In this document: positions 1-8,229 of the stretch, one piece after another | Numbering within the stretch: the stretch's first letter is position 1 | Layout of the letters: every line of letters starts with the position of its first letter | IMG/VR virus record: IMGVR_UViG_3300032073_000008 | Span: 32,001 to 96,000 of that record | Strand: one strand, 5' to 3' | Source of the DNA: a virus | DNA: 64,000 nucleotides | The notes under the pieces: generated by a model | The model's input: only the letters and a program-made list of their open reading frames with translations | Databases searched by the model: none | What the model was told of the DNA's origin: nothing | Translations under genes and position numbers: made by a program

Positions 1-705
1 ATTAAACCCAACAGCAGGATTAATATACTCACCAGTCTTTTTGATAAAATATCCTTTACCCTCAAGGATAGACTGAAGACACATAATCTTTGCTGGATTA
101 CCCAGATCGATCTCATCCAGAAGTAATAAAGCACCACGCTCCATTGCCTTGATAACTGGACCTTTGAAGAAACGAGTGTCACCGTCAACAAGACGGAAAC
201 CACCAATCAGGTCATCTTCATCAGTCTCAATTGTAAAGTTTACACGGATGACTTCACGCTTCAACTGAGCACATGCTTGTTCAACCGAGAATGTTTTACC
301 ATTACCAGACATACCAGTAATGAAAGATGGATAGAACATACCAGACTTAATGACTTGCTTCAGTGTCGAGAAATTACCAAAGGGAACAAACAAAGGATCT
401 TTGGCAGGGACAAGATTTTCAGTGAAGCCATCAGTGACAACATTCATCTCAGCAACAAGTTTGTTAGGCTCAAGATTAGTCACAGGAGCTGGAGCAGACG
501 GTGCGAGAGGAGCAGGAGAGCTCACTGCAGTCGTCTTTGGAGCAGTTGAAGGCAGGTTATACAAACCACGATCAACACGGAGAGCAGTCGCGAAATACTT
601 ACTCGGCACTTTCACGCCAAGCTCACGAGCAACTCTTTTGGTTTCAAGACTAGGAACAGGATTATTCCCATACTTTTCTTTCAGGATAGAATATAGATCA
701 GTCAT
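1..705 (-). CDS. cobS: CobS/MoxR-like AAA+ ATPase, partial (3' end runs off the window)
   Basis: Not in the ORF track. Hand translation from ATG at 705 is open to base 1: MTDLYSILKEKYG...FITGMSGNGKT (Walker A)...IETDEDDLIGGFRLVDG...LLLLDEID (Walker B). Adjacent to a vWA/CobT-like gene, as in marine T4-like phages. Confidence 0.9.
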   Translation of the reverse strand, partial: MTDLYSILKEKYGNNPVPSLETKRVARELGVKVPSKYFATALRVDRGLYNLPSTAPKTTAVSSPAPLAPSAPAPVTNLEPNKLVAEMNVVTDGFTENLVPAKDPLFVPFGNFSTLKQVIKSGMFYPSFITGMSGNGKTFSVEQACAQLKREVIRVNFTIETDEDDLIGGFRLVDGDTRFFKGPVIKAMERGALLLLDEIDLGNPAKIMCLQSILEGKGYFIKKTGEYINPAVGFN

Positions 706-742
706 ATAGGTCTCTCTCATTTATTAATCAATTTCAAATACA

Positions 743-771
743 ATTCTAGCACAAAAACAACATAAAGACAA
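743..771 (-). promoter_or_regulatory. Early sigma70-type promoter for cobS
   Basis: TTGTCT-N17-TAGAAT with extended TG. Confidence 0.75.
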
Positions 772-830
772 CAAAAAAATTAGCCAATTATTACCTTTTT
801 TGTATAATAGGTTATTTTTTAACCTATTCA

Positions 831-3071
831 TTAAGCAATCGACTCTATCAAGTCACTCAACATTTTACGCGACTCTTTTCTAGAACCATTCGCTTTCTTA
901 AAGGCAGTGCGGATCTTTGCTTTTGTTGCATCACTACCGACCGCAATCGAAGTATTGCTCACTTCAAGATTTTTACCACCATGAATTAAGAACAGTCGAT
1001 CATAACCAAAGTTGTCTTCAAGCATAACAAACTTTTCTTTTTTGGCTCTCATATGATATGATTTAGCATCATACCAGTCCATACTGTTAGGAGCATTACG
1101 AGTCCATTTGTTTATACTACTCTCCATAATCCGATAACCAATAACAGTAGAACCAGTCCTTTCACGATACATATCTAAAAGGACTTTGGTGATCGCATCA
1201 CCATATCCAGTCACACGATAGCGTTTCTTGGTCACAGGATCATTTACATACAACACTGCAGTGCCACTTCTATTATGATAATAATTAGTTTGTGAACCCC
1301 ATTCTTTGTCAGGGTTAGTGAATTCCATAGGATGACTATCACCATCAGTCAAGAATATTGTATTCACAATATCAAGACGATTTTTCTTTTGGAAATCATC
1401 ATGCACTTTCATTGCAGCCATTATAGTCTCATCAAGAGGAGTACCGCTCAAAGCCAACCCTCTAGGAAAACGAAACCTGTTCATTTTCTTTTGAGCTTCC
1501 CAGCTGTATTTGTTGCGACGAGAGACACGGATATCATAATATCTCCCGACACAAAGAACGAATTTCATCATGTCATTGAAAGTTTGACGATTCATATTGT
1601 TATTGAAAAACTCTAATAATCTGAAACAATGATGATAACGCAAAACACTATCTCGTTTTTGTTGGGTCGCACTTTCAGAGTCAGAACCATACCAATTATT
1701 TGTAAAAGCATAAACACGGTATGGTATCTTCACCTGACGGCAGAACAAAACTAAATTCAACATTTGATCAATCGTGGCTTTAAGATCTTCCATCATTGAG
1801 CCAGACCAATCAACATACATGATTATACCATGACTTTTACCATCTGGTGTCACTGTTACTTTGCGGAAAATATCATCATTGTAACGATAGCTGTTCATCT
1901 TGACAGGATCAATCACACCAGTCTTTGCCACAGTTTGTCTAGAGTAAGCTGATGCACTTTTCTTCATCTCAAACTCTTTTGCCATGTAATTTACGCTTCT
2001 CTTATTATTATTCATGAAGTCATTAACATATCCTTCACCCAGATCATTCATCGCTTGATCAAACGAATCAGGCTCTTGAACTTTGAAATTTTCTAGAATT
2101 TCTTTTGCTGATATAATCAAGTCATTAATCGGTGCGTCATTCAAGAACACATTAGTGATTTTTATATCATCATCATCACCATGCTCAGCAGCAATATTGT
2201 TTCTTAATGACTGATCAGTTTTTGATTCAAGATCTTCTTCAGATGATTCACCACCTGTCTGTCCTGTCTGGTTATCATCAGAATCATCTTCATCATCTTT
2301 CCAGAAGTCATCTTGATCTTCATCAGAACTCCAGAAGTCACCATCATCTTCATCTTCATCTTCATCATCAGGAGTGCTACCAGATGAATCACCTGATTCA
2401 CTTTCATCTTCATCATCAGAATCATCAAAATCATAAGAGCCACTGCCATCAGTATCTTCTTGACTCTCATCTTTTGCCATTTCATCCATAGCTTTCTGCT
2501 TGTCAGCATTTTCTTCTTCTTGCTTTTGTTTACAGAAATCATACAAACGCTCAGTCAGGTCAACAACCTGATCCCATGTTTCAAGAGTTTCAATCTCATC
2601 AATCCATGGTTGCTCATCTGCCTCAATGCGAACACCAGCAGAACGACCGCATTTAAAATAAGTGTTGATACGATCAATAAGACCATAATTGTTTATTTGT
2701 TTGATGTCACCACCAAAGAAACCATCAGCAAGCATGCGTCTGTATGAAGAAACAAATGAAGTTCGCAGACCTTGATATCGTTTTTGAATTAGCTTTTCAA
2801 TCCTAGCATCTTCAATAACATTTAAAAAAGATCTGAAAGTTTGACCACGCTTATGAGTAGACTCATGCCATCCCTCTTCTGGAGTATACAAAGCATGACC
2901 AACCTCATGACCAACCAAATGATCATAAGTGTCAGACCTCATATCATCCCACATTGGTAGAGTAAGGATGCGGTCACGAACATTAAATGAAGCAGTCTTT
3001 GCTTGCTTATGAGAAACAGTAATGTTTTCAGTAGCAAGTAGACGAGCCAATGTATCTTTAGAAGTATTCAT
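831..3071 (-). CDS. CobT-like protein: N-terminal HExxH metallopeptidase-like domain, acidic linker, C-terminal vWA domain
   Basis: HEVGH motif, D/E-rich linker, MIDAS DWSGS...TP...LTDG. Start placed at MNTSKD (3071) because the ORF-track start at 3110 lies inside the promoter. Confidence 0.85.
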   Translation of the reverse strand: MNTSKDTLARLLATENITVSHKQAKTASFNVRDRILTLPMWDDMRSDTYDHLVGHEVGHALYTPEEGWHESTHKRGQTFRSFLNVIEDARIEKLIQKRYQGLRTSFVSSYRRMLADGFFGGDIKQINNYGLIDRINTYFKCGRSAGVRIEADEQPWIDEIETLETWDQVVDLTERLYDFCKQKQEEENADKQKAMDEMAKDESQEDTDGSGSYDFDDSDDEDESESGDSSGSTPDDEDEDEDDGDFWSSDEDQDDFWKDDEDDSDDNQTGQTGGESSEEDLESKTDQSLRNNIAAEHGDDDDIKITNVFLNDAPINDLIISAKEILENFKVQEPDSFDQAMNDLGEGYVNDFMNNNKRSVNYMAKEFEMKKSASAYSRQTVAKTGVIDPVKMNSYRYNDDIFRKVTVTPDGKSHGIIMYVDWSGSMMEDLKATIDQMLNLVLFCRQVKIPYRVYAFTNNWYGSDSESATQQKRDSVLRYHHCFRLLEFFNNNMNRQTFNDMMKFVLCVGRYYDIRVSRRNKYSWEAQKKMNRFRFPRGLALSGTPLDETIMAAMKVHDDFQKKNRLDIVNTIFLTDGDSHPMEFTNPDKEWGSQTNYYHNRSGTAVLYVNDPVTKKRYRVTGYGDAITKVLLDMYRERTGSTVIGYRIMESSINKWTRNAPNSMDWYDAKSYHMRAKKEKFVMLEDNFGYDRLFLIHGGKNLEVSNTSIAVGSDATKAKIRTAFKKANGSRKESRKMLSDLIESIA

Positions 3072-3100
3072 ATGATAGTCTCTCAACAAAATAGACGCCC

Positions 3101-3129
3101 ATTCTACCATATCAGGAGACCTGAGACAA
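3101..3129 (-). promoter_or_regulatory. Early sigma70-type promoter for the CobT-like gene
   Basis: TTGTCT-N17-TAGAAT with extended TG and an upstream A-tract. Confidence 0.75.
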
Positions 3130-3237
3130 CACTTTTTTCAATTAAAAACGGTAATTTTACCTATTTATTGATATTATTTTGGAATAAAAAGGTAGATTTT
3201 AAGAACTTTTTTGTATAAAAGGACAAAAGTCCTGTAT

Positions 3238-3250
3238 TATCAATAACTTA
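3238..3250 (+). promoter_or_regulatory. IHF consensus site
   Basis: TATCAATAACTTA is an exact match to WATCAANNNNTTR; a second match lies at 37816-37828. Confidence 0.5.
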
Positions 3251-3288
3251 GTGAAATACACTATTTTGCCCTTTTATAACTCTTCGGA

Positions 3289-3381
3289 TTAACTTAATGC
3301 AATCAGGCAGTTAGCGATTGTTACATAAACCGACACTTGAAACGCCCAACAGAAAAAGCAATCAGTTTTGCTATTTTCCAT
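3289..3381 (-). CDS. 30-aa hydrophobic peptide
   Basis: GAGGAGG Shine-Dalgarno, then MENSKTDCFFCWAFQVSVYVTIANCLIALS*, directly downstream of hsp20. Confidence 0.6.
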   Translation of the reverse strand: MENSKTDCFFCWAFQVSVYVTIANCLIALS

Positions 3382-3397
3382 ATTTCCTCCTCGAAAA

Positions 3398-3814
3398 TTA
3401 TTTAATTTCAATTTTTCGAGGACGCTTCTCTTCTGGCAAATTGACCTTTAGGTTCACTACAAGGATTCCTTTGTCTAGAGTCGCTCCGACTACTTCGACA
3501 TATTCAGACAGACGAAAAGTTCTCTGAAATCTTTTTGTGGATATTCCTTTGTGTAGATACTCAACATCAGTACCGTGGAATTGATCCCCAGTGATGTTCA
3601 AAGTTCTTTCATCTTGTTCAATGGTCAGATCTTTCATATCGAACCCAGCTACTGCCACTTCAATGGCATATTCATGCTCATCTACTTTAACCACATTGTG
3701 TGGTGGGTATGTATCTTTGGCGTTTCGATTGATGAATTCTAATTCATTGAAAAGGTGGTCAAACCCAACAAATGCTGCTCGTGGGAAAAGACTCGGTGTT
3801 TTAATACTCGTCAT
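3398..3814 (-). CDS. hsp20: Small heat shock protein (Hsp20/IbpA family)
   Basis: YPPHNVVK, IEVAVAGF, YLHKGIS..FQRTFRL, GILVVNL, PEEKRPRKIEI. Confidence 0.95.
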   Translation of the reverse strand: MTSIKTPSLFPRAAFVGFDHLFNELEFINRNAKDTYPPHNVVKVDEHEYAIEVAVAGFDMKDLTIEQDERTLNITGDQFHGTDVEYLHKGISTKRFQRTFRLSEYVEVVGATLDKGILVVNLKVNLPEEKRPRKIEIK

Positions 3815-3878
3815 AATGCTCTCCTTTTGTTTAAAGCAAGATTAATAAGTGAACCCGATTATTCGGCATCCACTCACC

Positions 3879-3886
3879 TATTTATA
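3879..3886 (-). promoter_or_regulatory. T4-type late promoter upstream of hsp20
   Basis: TATAAATA. Confidence 0.7.
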
Positions 3887-3892
3887 CTGACT

Positions 3893-4441
3893 CTACATAA
3901 GATTTTCAATAAAGCCAATAATTTTTTTCGTATCTTCAGGGACATTGTGTTCAAAAGCATGGACACATCCAGCTTCGCCCATCAATATTTTTTCCCCAAA
4001 CATATCTTCAATGTTAGCAACTTTCGTTACTCGCCCATTGATAAATGTTTCTGATTGATCAGAACCTCTATCAGCATAACGCTGTTCACGAACAGCATCA
4101 TCTGTTTTTAATACTATAATTGTTAGATCATGCCCTGCTCTCTTCACAGCCTCAAAGAACTTAGAAGAAGTCAATCTGTCACCCTCGAACACTACGACAG
4201 GTGATGGATTGTTTTCTAGGTATTCAATTGCCATTGGCTGTACTGCCATTGACAGTTTATCAGTACCAGCAAACACTTCTCCTTCATCATATTTACCAAA
4301 CAAACGGATATCTCCAGAAACATAACCATCAAGCAACTTAACTGGAGTATCTTTAGTCCACTCTCGTTTTGACATCCACTCACGCATAAGTGTTGTTTTT
4401 CCAGTTCCTGGAATTCCAATAATACCAATCACTTTACTCAT
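3893..4441 (-). CDS. P-loop nucleotide/DNA-base kinase (candidate 5-hydroxymethylpyrimidine-DNA kinase)
   Basis: GIPGTGKTT Walker A, VVVFEGDRL; last gene of the modification operon with an ATGA overlap to the TET/JBP gene. Confidence 0.7.
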   Translation of the reverse strand: MSKVIGIIGIPGTGKTTLMREWMSKREWTKDTPVKLLDGYVSGDIRLFGKYDEGEVFAGTDKLSMAVQPMAIEYLENNPSPVVVFEGDRLTSSKFFEAVKRAGHDLTIIVLKTDDAVREQRYADRGSDQSETFINGRVTKVANIEDMFGEKILMGEAGCVHAFEHNVPEDTKKIIGFIENLM

Positions 4442-5826
4442 GAAAAGAATCCTTCTAATGATGACTTTGTCACAACAGCTTCTGGATGATATTGCGATAA
4501 CATTCCTTCACCGCCTTTCTGTTTCAGATAATCATACCACTCATCTTCAGCCCACATATTTGGCGAAACACCATTCCAAAATTCTTTCCACAACTTGTGG
4601 TTCTTATTGAGTCTGCGATCATCAACATATTGTCTACGCAGTTTTTCATATTCCCAAGAACCAACCTCAAGCATTTTTTCACGGAAGTAGCATACAAGAG
4701 ATATGCGTTCCATTTCTTCAATAGTGGTTCCAGCAGGTGGTTTCAGTTCAGTGTTACCATGAATGCCACCATGATTATTGATCAACAAAAGATCTCCTGG
4801 ACGGATATTGATACCTACACGAAACTCTGGAAGGACAAGATAACCACCTTCCCAATTCTTTTCTTTAGCAACAACAGTAAGGTTTGAAAATCCTTCATTC
4901 AAATCACCAGCATCTCTGTGAGCTGCAGTTCTGAAGTTTTTATTTACAGTAATCGTAGTGAACGGTGTATCTTCACCAGCAACACGAAAGCGTGGATCTA
5001 GCTTGCTTGCAGCTTCGTTTTGAATACCATAACGAATAGGTAAATGCTCCTTAAATTTGTCAGCTAATTGACGCATGAAAGGATAGCACTTCTCATAGAC
5101 AGGATAGTTGTTCTCTGTATACGCAGTTGCTCGACCGTATGGAATACGAGGATATCGATCAAAGAATCCAGCAATACCTGACAACACCATGTTAGCATAT
5201 GTTGTCTCAGAGATATAGTTCTTTTGAGTTGCCTTTGCGTCTTTCTGAGCATCCTCTGCTGACATACCTTGCCATTCAGCAACCTTGTCATTGAAGAATG
5301 ATTCGTAATTATAACCACTATCAGTGATCTTAGATCTGATCCAAACTATACCACGAGATTCACCTGCTGTAATTGAAGCATGTTTTGCTCTGATTCTTTC
5401 TACTGGATCAGTGTCATCTTCAAACAGAGAAACTTCACGCTCAGCAAAGTGCTTCATAATATCAAGCTGTTCTTCAGTTACCCAATCACGACCGCCTTGC
5501 TTTGCTCCTTTTGGACCAGCAGCAAGACCACGATTTTGTGTAGGTAATGCAGCACCTAATAATCCTTCATAAGCACCGTGCTGTTGTTCTTCAGTAAAAA
5601 CATTTTTGCGAAACTTAAAGATAATGTTATCTTCATTATTCTCACCACCAAACCCAGCAGGAGCATAGAAGTCAGTATCTTCTTCACAAATAAAATCCCA
5701 GTCAGTATCTTCCATATATTGACCGAGTTTGTGTTCACAATCATCCCAAAACTTGGCTGTAATGATTCTGACATTGTTTACATTATCTACCTTAACATCA
5801 TACTTTTCGTTTATCACACCAATCAT
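4438..5826 (-). CDS. TET/JBP-family 2OG-Fe(II) DNA dioxygenase
   Basis: FTTITVNKNFRTAAHRDAGD (HxD), GGYLVLPE..V..RPGDLL, HGNT (distal His), ERISLVCYFREKM (RxS). Confidence 0.88.
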   Translation of the reverse strand: MIGVINEKYDVKVDNVNNVRIITAKFWDDCEHKLGQYMEDTDWDFICEEDTDFYAPAGFGGENNEDNIIFKFRKNVFTEEQQHGAYEGLLGAALPTQNRGLAAGPKGAKQGGRDWVTEEQLDIMKHFAEREVSLFEDDTDPVERIRAKHASITAGESRGIVWIRSKITDSGYNYESFFNDKVAEWQGMSAEDAQKDAKATQKNYISETTYANMVLSGIAGFFDRYPRIPYGRATAYTENNYPVYEKCYPFMRQLADKFKEHLPIRYGIQNEAASKLDPRFRVAGEDTPFTTITVNKNFRTAAHRDAGDLNEGFSNLTVVAKEKNWEGGYLVLPEFRVGINIRPGDLLLINNHGGIHGNTELKPPAGTTIEEMERISLVCYFREKMLEVGSWEYEKLRRQYVDDRRLNKNHKLWKEFWNGVSPNMWAEDEWYDYLKQKGGEGMLSQYHPEAVVTKSSLEGFFS

Positions 5827-6833
5827 ATCATAAATCTCTCTATTCCAACATTACTCATTTCATTTGTAAAAGTATTCATATGGTCTATCTTCCCAGTGTC
5901 TAGGAATATCTCCATTTTACTCTTACTTATCGAATTAGTCAAGTATTCATTTCTCAATGTCTCTTTTCTAGCATCCCACATGGGTGTCCAGTCAATACCA
6001 TCCCATCCATCTCTCTCCACTTGCTTTATTTCTTCAGCTTGTCTGTCAATATAATAACCAAGATAACGACCTCTACTCTTGCGAAACAGTTTCTTAAATG
6101 AACACAGTGCTGTTTCCATAGCAAAAAAGTCTGCTTTGCTCTCAGCATTTGGGTGTGTGCGTTTTACATCTTCGAGTATTTTCTTTCCTTCTCCTTCCAT
6201 CCATTGTATTTGATCATCTTCGAGCTTTTTATTCACCCAATCATCTTTACCTAAAGCATAACAAAGACCATTCCGATGAGATCGAGATCCAGAATAGTCA
6301 TGTAACCATAGACTTGGAACATCAACATTGAGACCAGCACACTGCTTTAGAGTTTGGATATAAAACCAAGATGTGTATCTTCCGAACTTGTGTAATGAAG
6401 TTACAGAATCCCAAACTTTTTGGAAGTTTTGATATTTGTCGCCACGACATAACTCTTCAAATGCATCTTCTTGTTTCCTACCACCAACCCATTCTTTATA
6501 GGAAACAAATTGATCAGCAAGATGACCTTTATTCCATTTTGTATCTGTTTGATATCTGAGACGCGAATAGTTTTCATTGTTCCATTCACGCAAACGATCA
6601 ACACCAACCAACTCCATATCAGGGAACTCATTCCAGATAAGGTATGCTGTTGGGAAGTTGTATGTTGTTCCATATAACCAACAGAGCCATAACTTCTGTT
6701 CTGTGTTATATTCAAACCGATCAAAGAAGTAATTTGTGAGATACAATGCTGAGTCACAATCTTCTATCTCAAGACTCCACTTAAACCAGTTGACAAATGC
6801 TTGTCTACGATGTTCACTTAATCTATAATCCAC
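5823..6833 (-). CDS. Alpha-glutamyl/putrescinyl-thymine pyrophosphorylase clade-2-like amino acid:DNA transferase
   Basis: WLYGTTY, RYQTDTKWNKG, FGRYTSWFY, GSRSHRNGL, ETALCSFKK, RYLGYYIDRQ; GTG start overlaps the GNAT stop. Confidence 0.8.
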   Translation of the reverse strand: MDYRLSEHRRQAFVNWFKWSLEIEDCDSALYLTNYFFDRFEYNTEQKLWLCWLYGTTYNFPTAYLIWNEFPDMELVGVDRLREWNNENYSRLRYQTDTKWNKGHLADQFVSYKEWVGGRKQEDAFEELCRGDKYQNFQKVWDSVTSLHKFGRYTSWFYIQTLKQCAGLNVDVPSLWLHDYSGSRSHRNGLCYALGKDDWVNKKLEDDQIQWMEGEGKKILEDVKRTHPNAESKADFFAMETALCSFKKLFRKSRGRYLGYYIDRQAEEIKQVERDGWDGIDWTPMWDARKETLRNEYLTNSISKSKMEIFLDTGKIDHMNTFTNEMSNVGIERFMI

Positions 6834-7489
6834 TAAAAGAATTCCTCTAGAGTGTTTGGCTCATCACCTATTAATTTATCACGCATCCAAAACTCTCCTA
6901 CAGAAGAAATAGCTTCTTCTACAGTAGCAGTCTTTTTCTTACCAAAGCCATGAGACTCAAGCGATTCATCAAACAATTGTTTGATCACCTTTGGATCTTT
7001 AGGCAAAGCCAGATGCGGGACATTAATTGCTGTTGCCCTAAATGTGCACTGCTCCCTGATAGAAGGAAACAGTGGTTGATCAGAACGCAACGACCCAGTT
7101 GGATCAACAGCCCAAAATATCAAACCATTTCTTTTATGCCAAGTTATAGAAGATGGAGTGCAAGATATTTTCAAACGACTCATGCCATTATTAAAAGCAT
7201 CACTCATTACTCTTTCCCAGATAGCTGTAGCATATCCCTTTCCTTCATGACCTTGCCTAGTTACAATCTCATATAGATTAATATATCTCGATCTTTGACT
7301 ATAAGTAGCAAACACAAATGCAACCATTTCGCCATCAACCTCTAAGGCAAATGGCTTATTATCTTTTTCATAGTTTTTAAAACGAAACCACAAACTGTGT
7401 GATGAATTGAGGAACTTTGTATTTTTTCCTTCAGGGGAGTTCTCAATGACTTTCTCAATCATCTCTTGTGAACATCTTACTATGCGCAT
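6833..7489 (-). CDS. GNAT-family acetyltransferase
   Basis: NLYEIVTRQGHEGKGYAT acetyl-CoA-binding motif A; WHKRNG. Confidence 0.8.
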   Translation of the reverse strand: MRIVRCSQEMIEKVIENSPEGKNTKFLNSSHSLWFRFKNYEKDNKPFALEVDGEMVAFVFATYSQRSRYINLYEIVTRQGHEGKGYATAIWERVMSDAFNNGMSRLKISCTPSSITWHKRNGLIFWAVDPTGSLRSDQPLFPSIREQCTFRATAINVPHLALPKDPKVIKQLFDESLESHGFGKKKTATVEEAISSVGEFWMRDKLIGDEPNTLEEFF

Positions 7490-8172
7490 TGTAAGTCTCT
7501 CACTAATGCACCACCACGCAATGGAGAAGATTTCTCTAGCTTTCCATTGTATGTGTATGTTACATACATGTCTGTTCTTTGTTGATTTGTAATTGCACTT
7601 CTTTTTAGAATATCTTTTGTTGATGCGAATACAATACCATTATTTCGCTCACTATACCATAGTGGTCTTGCTTCATTTCTAAATCCAGTTAGACTCTTAT
7701 CTTTTTTGATACGACAGACAGCCATACTTGATGGGTAAAAATCATTCAATGGATCATTACCAGCCTCATATGATTTCAATATCAATTCACTGTCATTAGC
7801 TGTTTCAGTGTTATATTTCCACTTCTCTTTATCTTCTTGTGATATAACACCATTGTGAACAATACTTTGATCACCATTAGAGAAAGGTTGATTGTATCGA
7901 AGATCAGATGTTGAATAGCGAATATGACCAATAAGGTAGATACCACCATCCTCATTTATCATACTCTGAATTGGATATTTTGCGAGGAACTCATCACAAG
8001 GGATGCCCTCTTTTATCGTATATATCTTAGAATCTTTGACATATGATACACCAGTCGCATGTTTCCCTCTTATCATAGATTCGCGGAAAATACGCTCTAC
8101 CAGTTTAACATTCTCAATACTACCACGACTGACAGAGGATCTCTCTAACCAAACGCCTATCACACCACACAT
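7480..8172 (-). CDS. Class II (Ntn) glutamine amidotransferase, stand-alone glutaminase domain
   Basis: N-terminal MCGVIG, RG.HATG, GHIRYST, NQPF, HNGVI, NDSE. Confidence 0.9.
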   Translation of the reverse strand: MCGVIGVWLERSSVSRGSIENVKLVERIFRESMIRGKHATGVSYVKDSKIYTIKEGIPCDEFLAKYPIQSMINEDGGIYLIGHIRYSTSDLRYNQPFSNGDQSIVHNGVISQEDKEKWKYNTETANDSELILKSYEAGNDPLNDFYPSSMAVCRIKKDKSLTGFRNEARPLWYSERNNGIVFASTKDILKRSAITNQQRTDMYVTYTYNGKLEKSSPLRGGALVRDLQCA

Positions 8173-8200
8173 AATATACCCTTTATGTAAATAAACAGAT

Positions 8201-8229
8201 ATTATACATTATCAAATGTAATTTGTCAA
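8201..8229 (-). promoter_or_regulatory. Perfect-consensus sigma70 promoter heading the DNA-modification operon
   Basis: TTGACA-N17-TATAAT overlapping the end of def. Confidence 0.85.

Noticed and set aside
277-709. Plus-strand ORFs of 90 and 119 aa
   Set aside because: Antisense shadows of the cobS-like ATPase, which has clear Walker motifs on the minus strand
795-806. Resemblance of CTTTTTTGTATA to lambda-type att cores
   Set aside because: No integrase or prophage boundary in the window; better explained as a promoter-associated motif
2204-2542. Met/Lys-rich and His-rich ORFs
   Set aside because: Alternative-frame readings of the GAT/GAA acidic linker in the CobT-like gene
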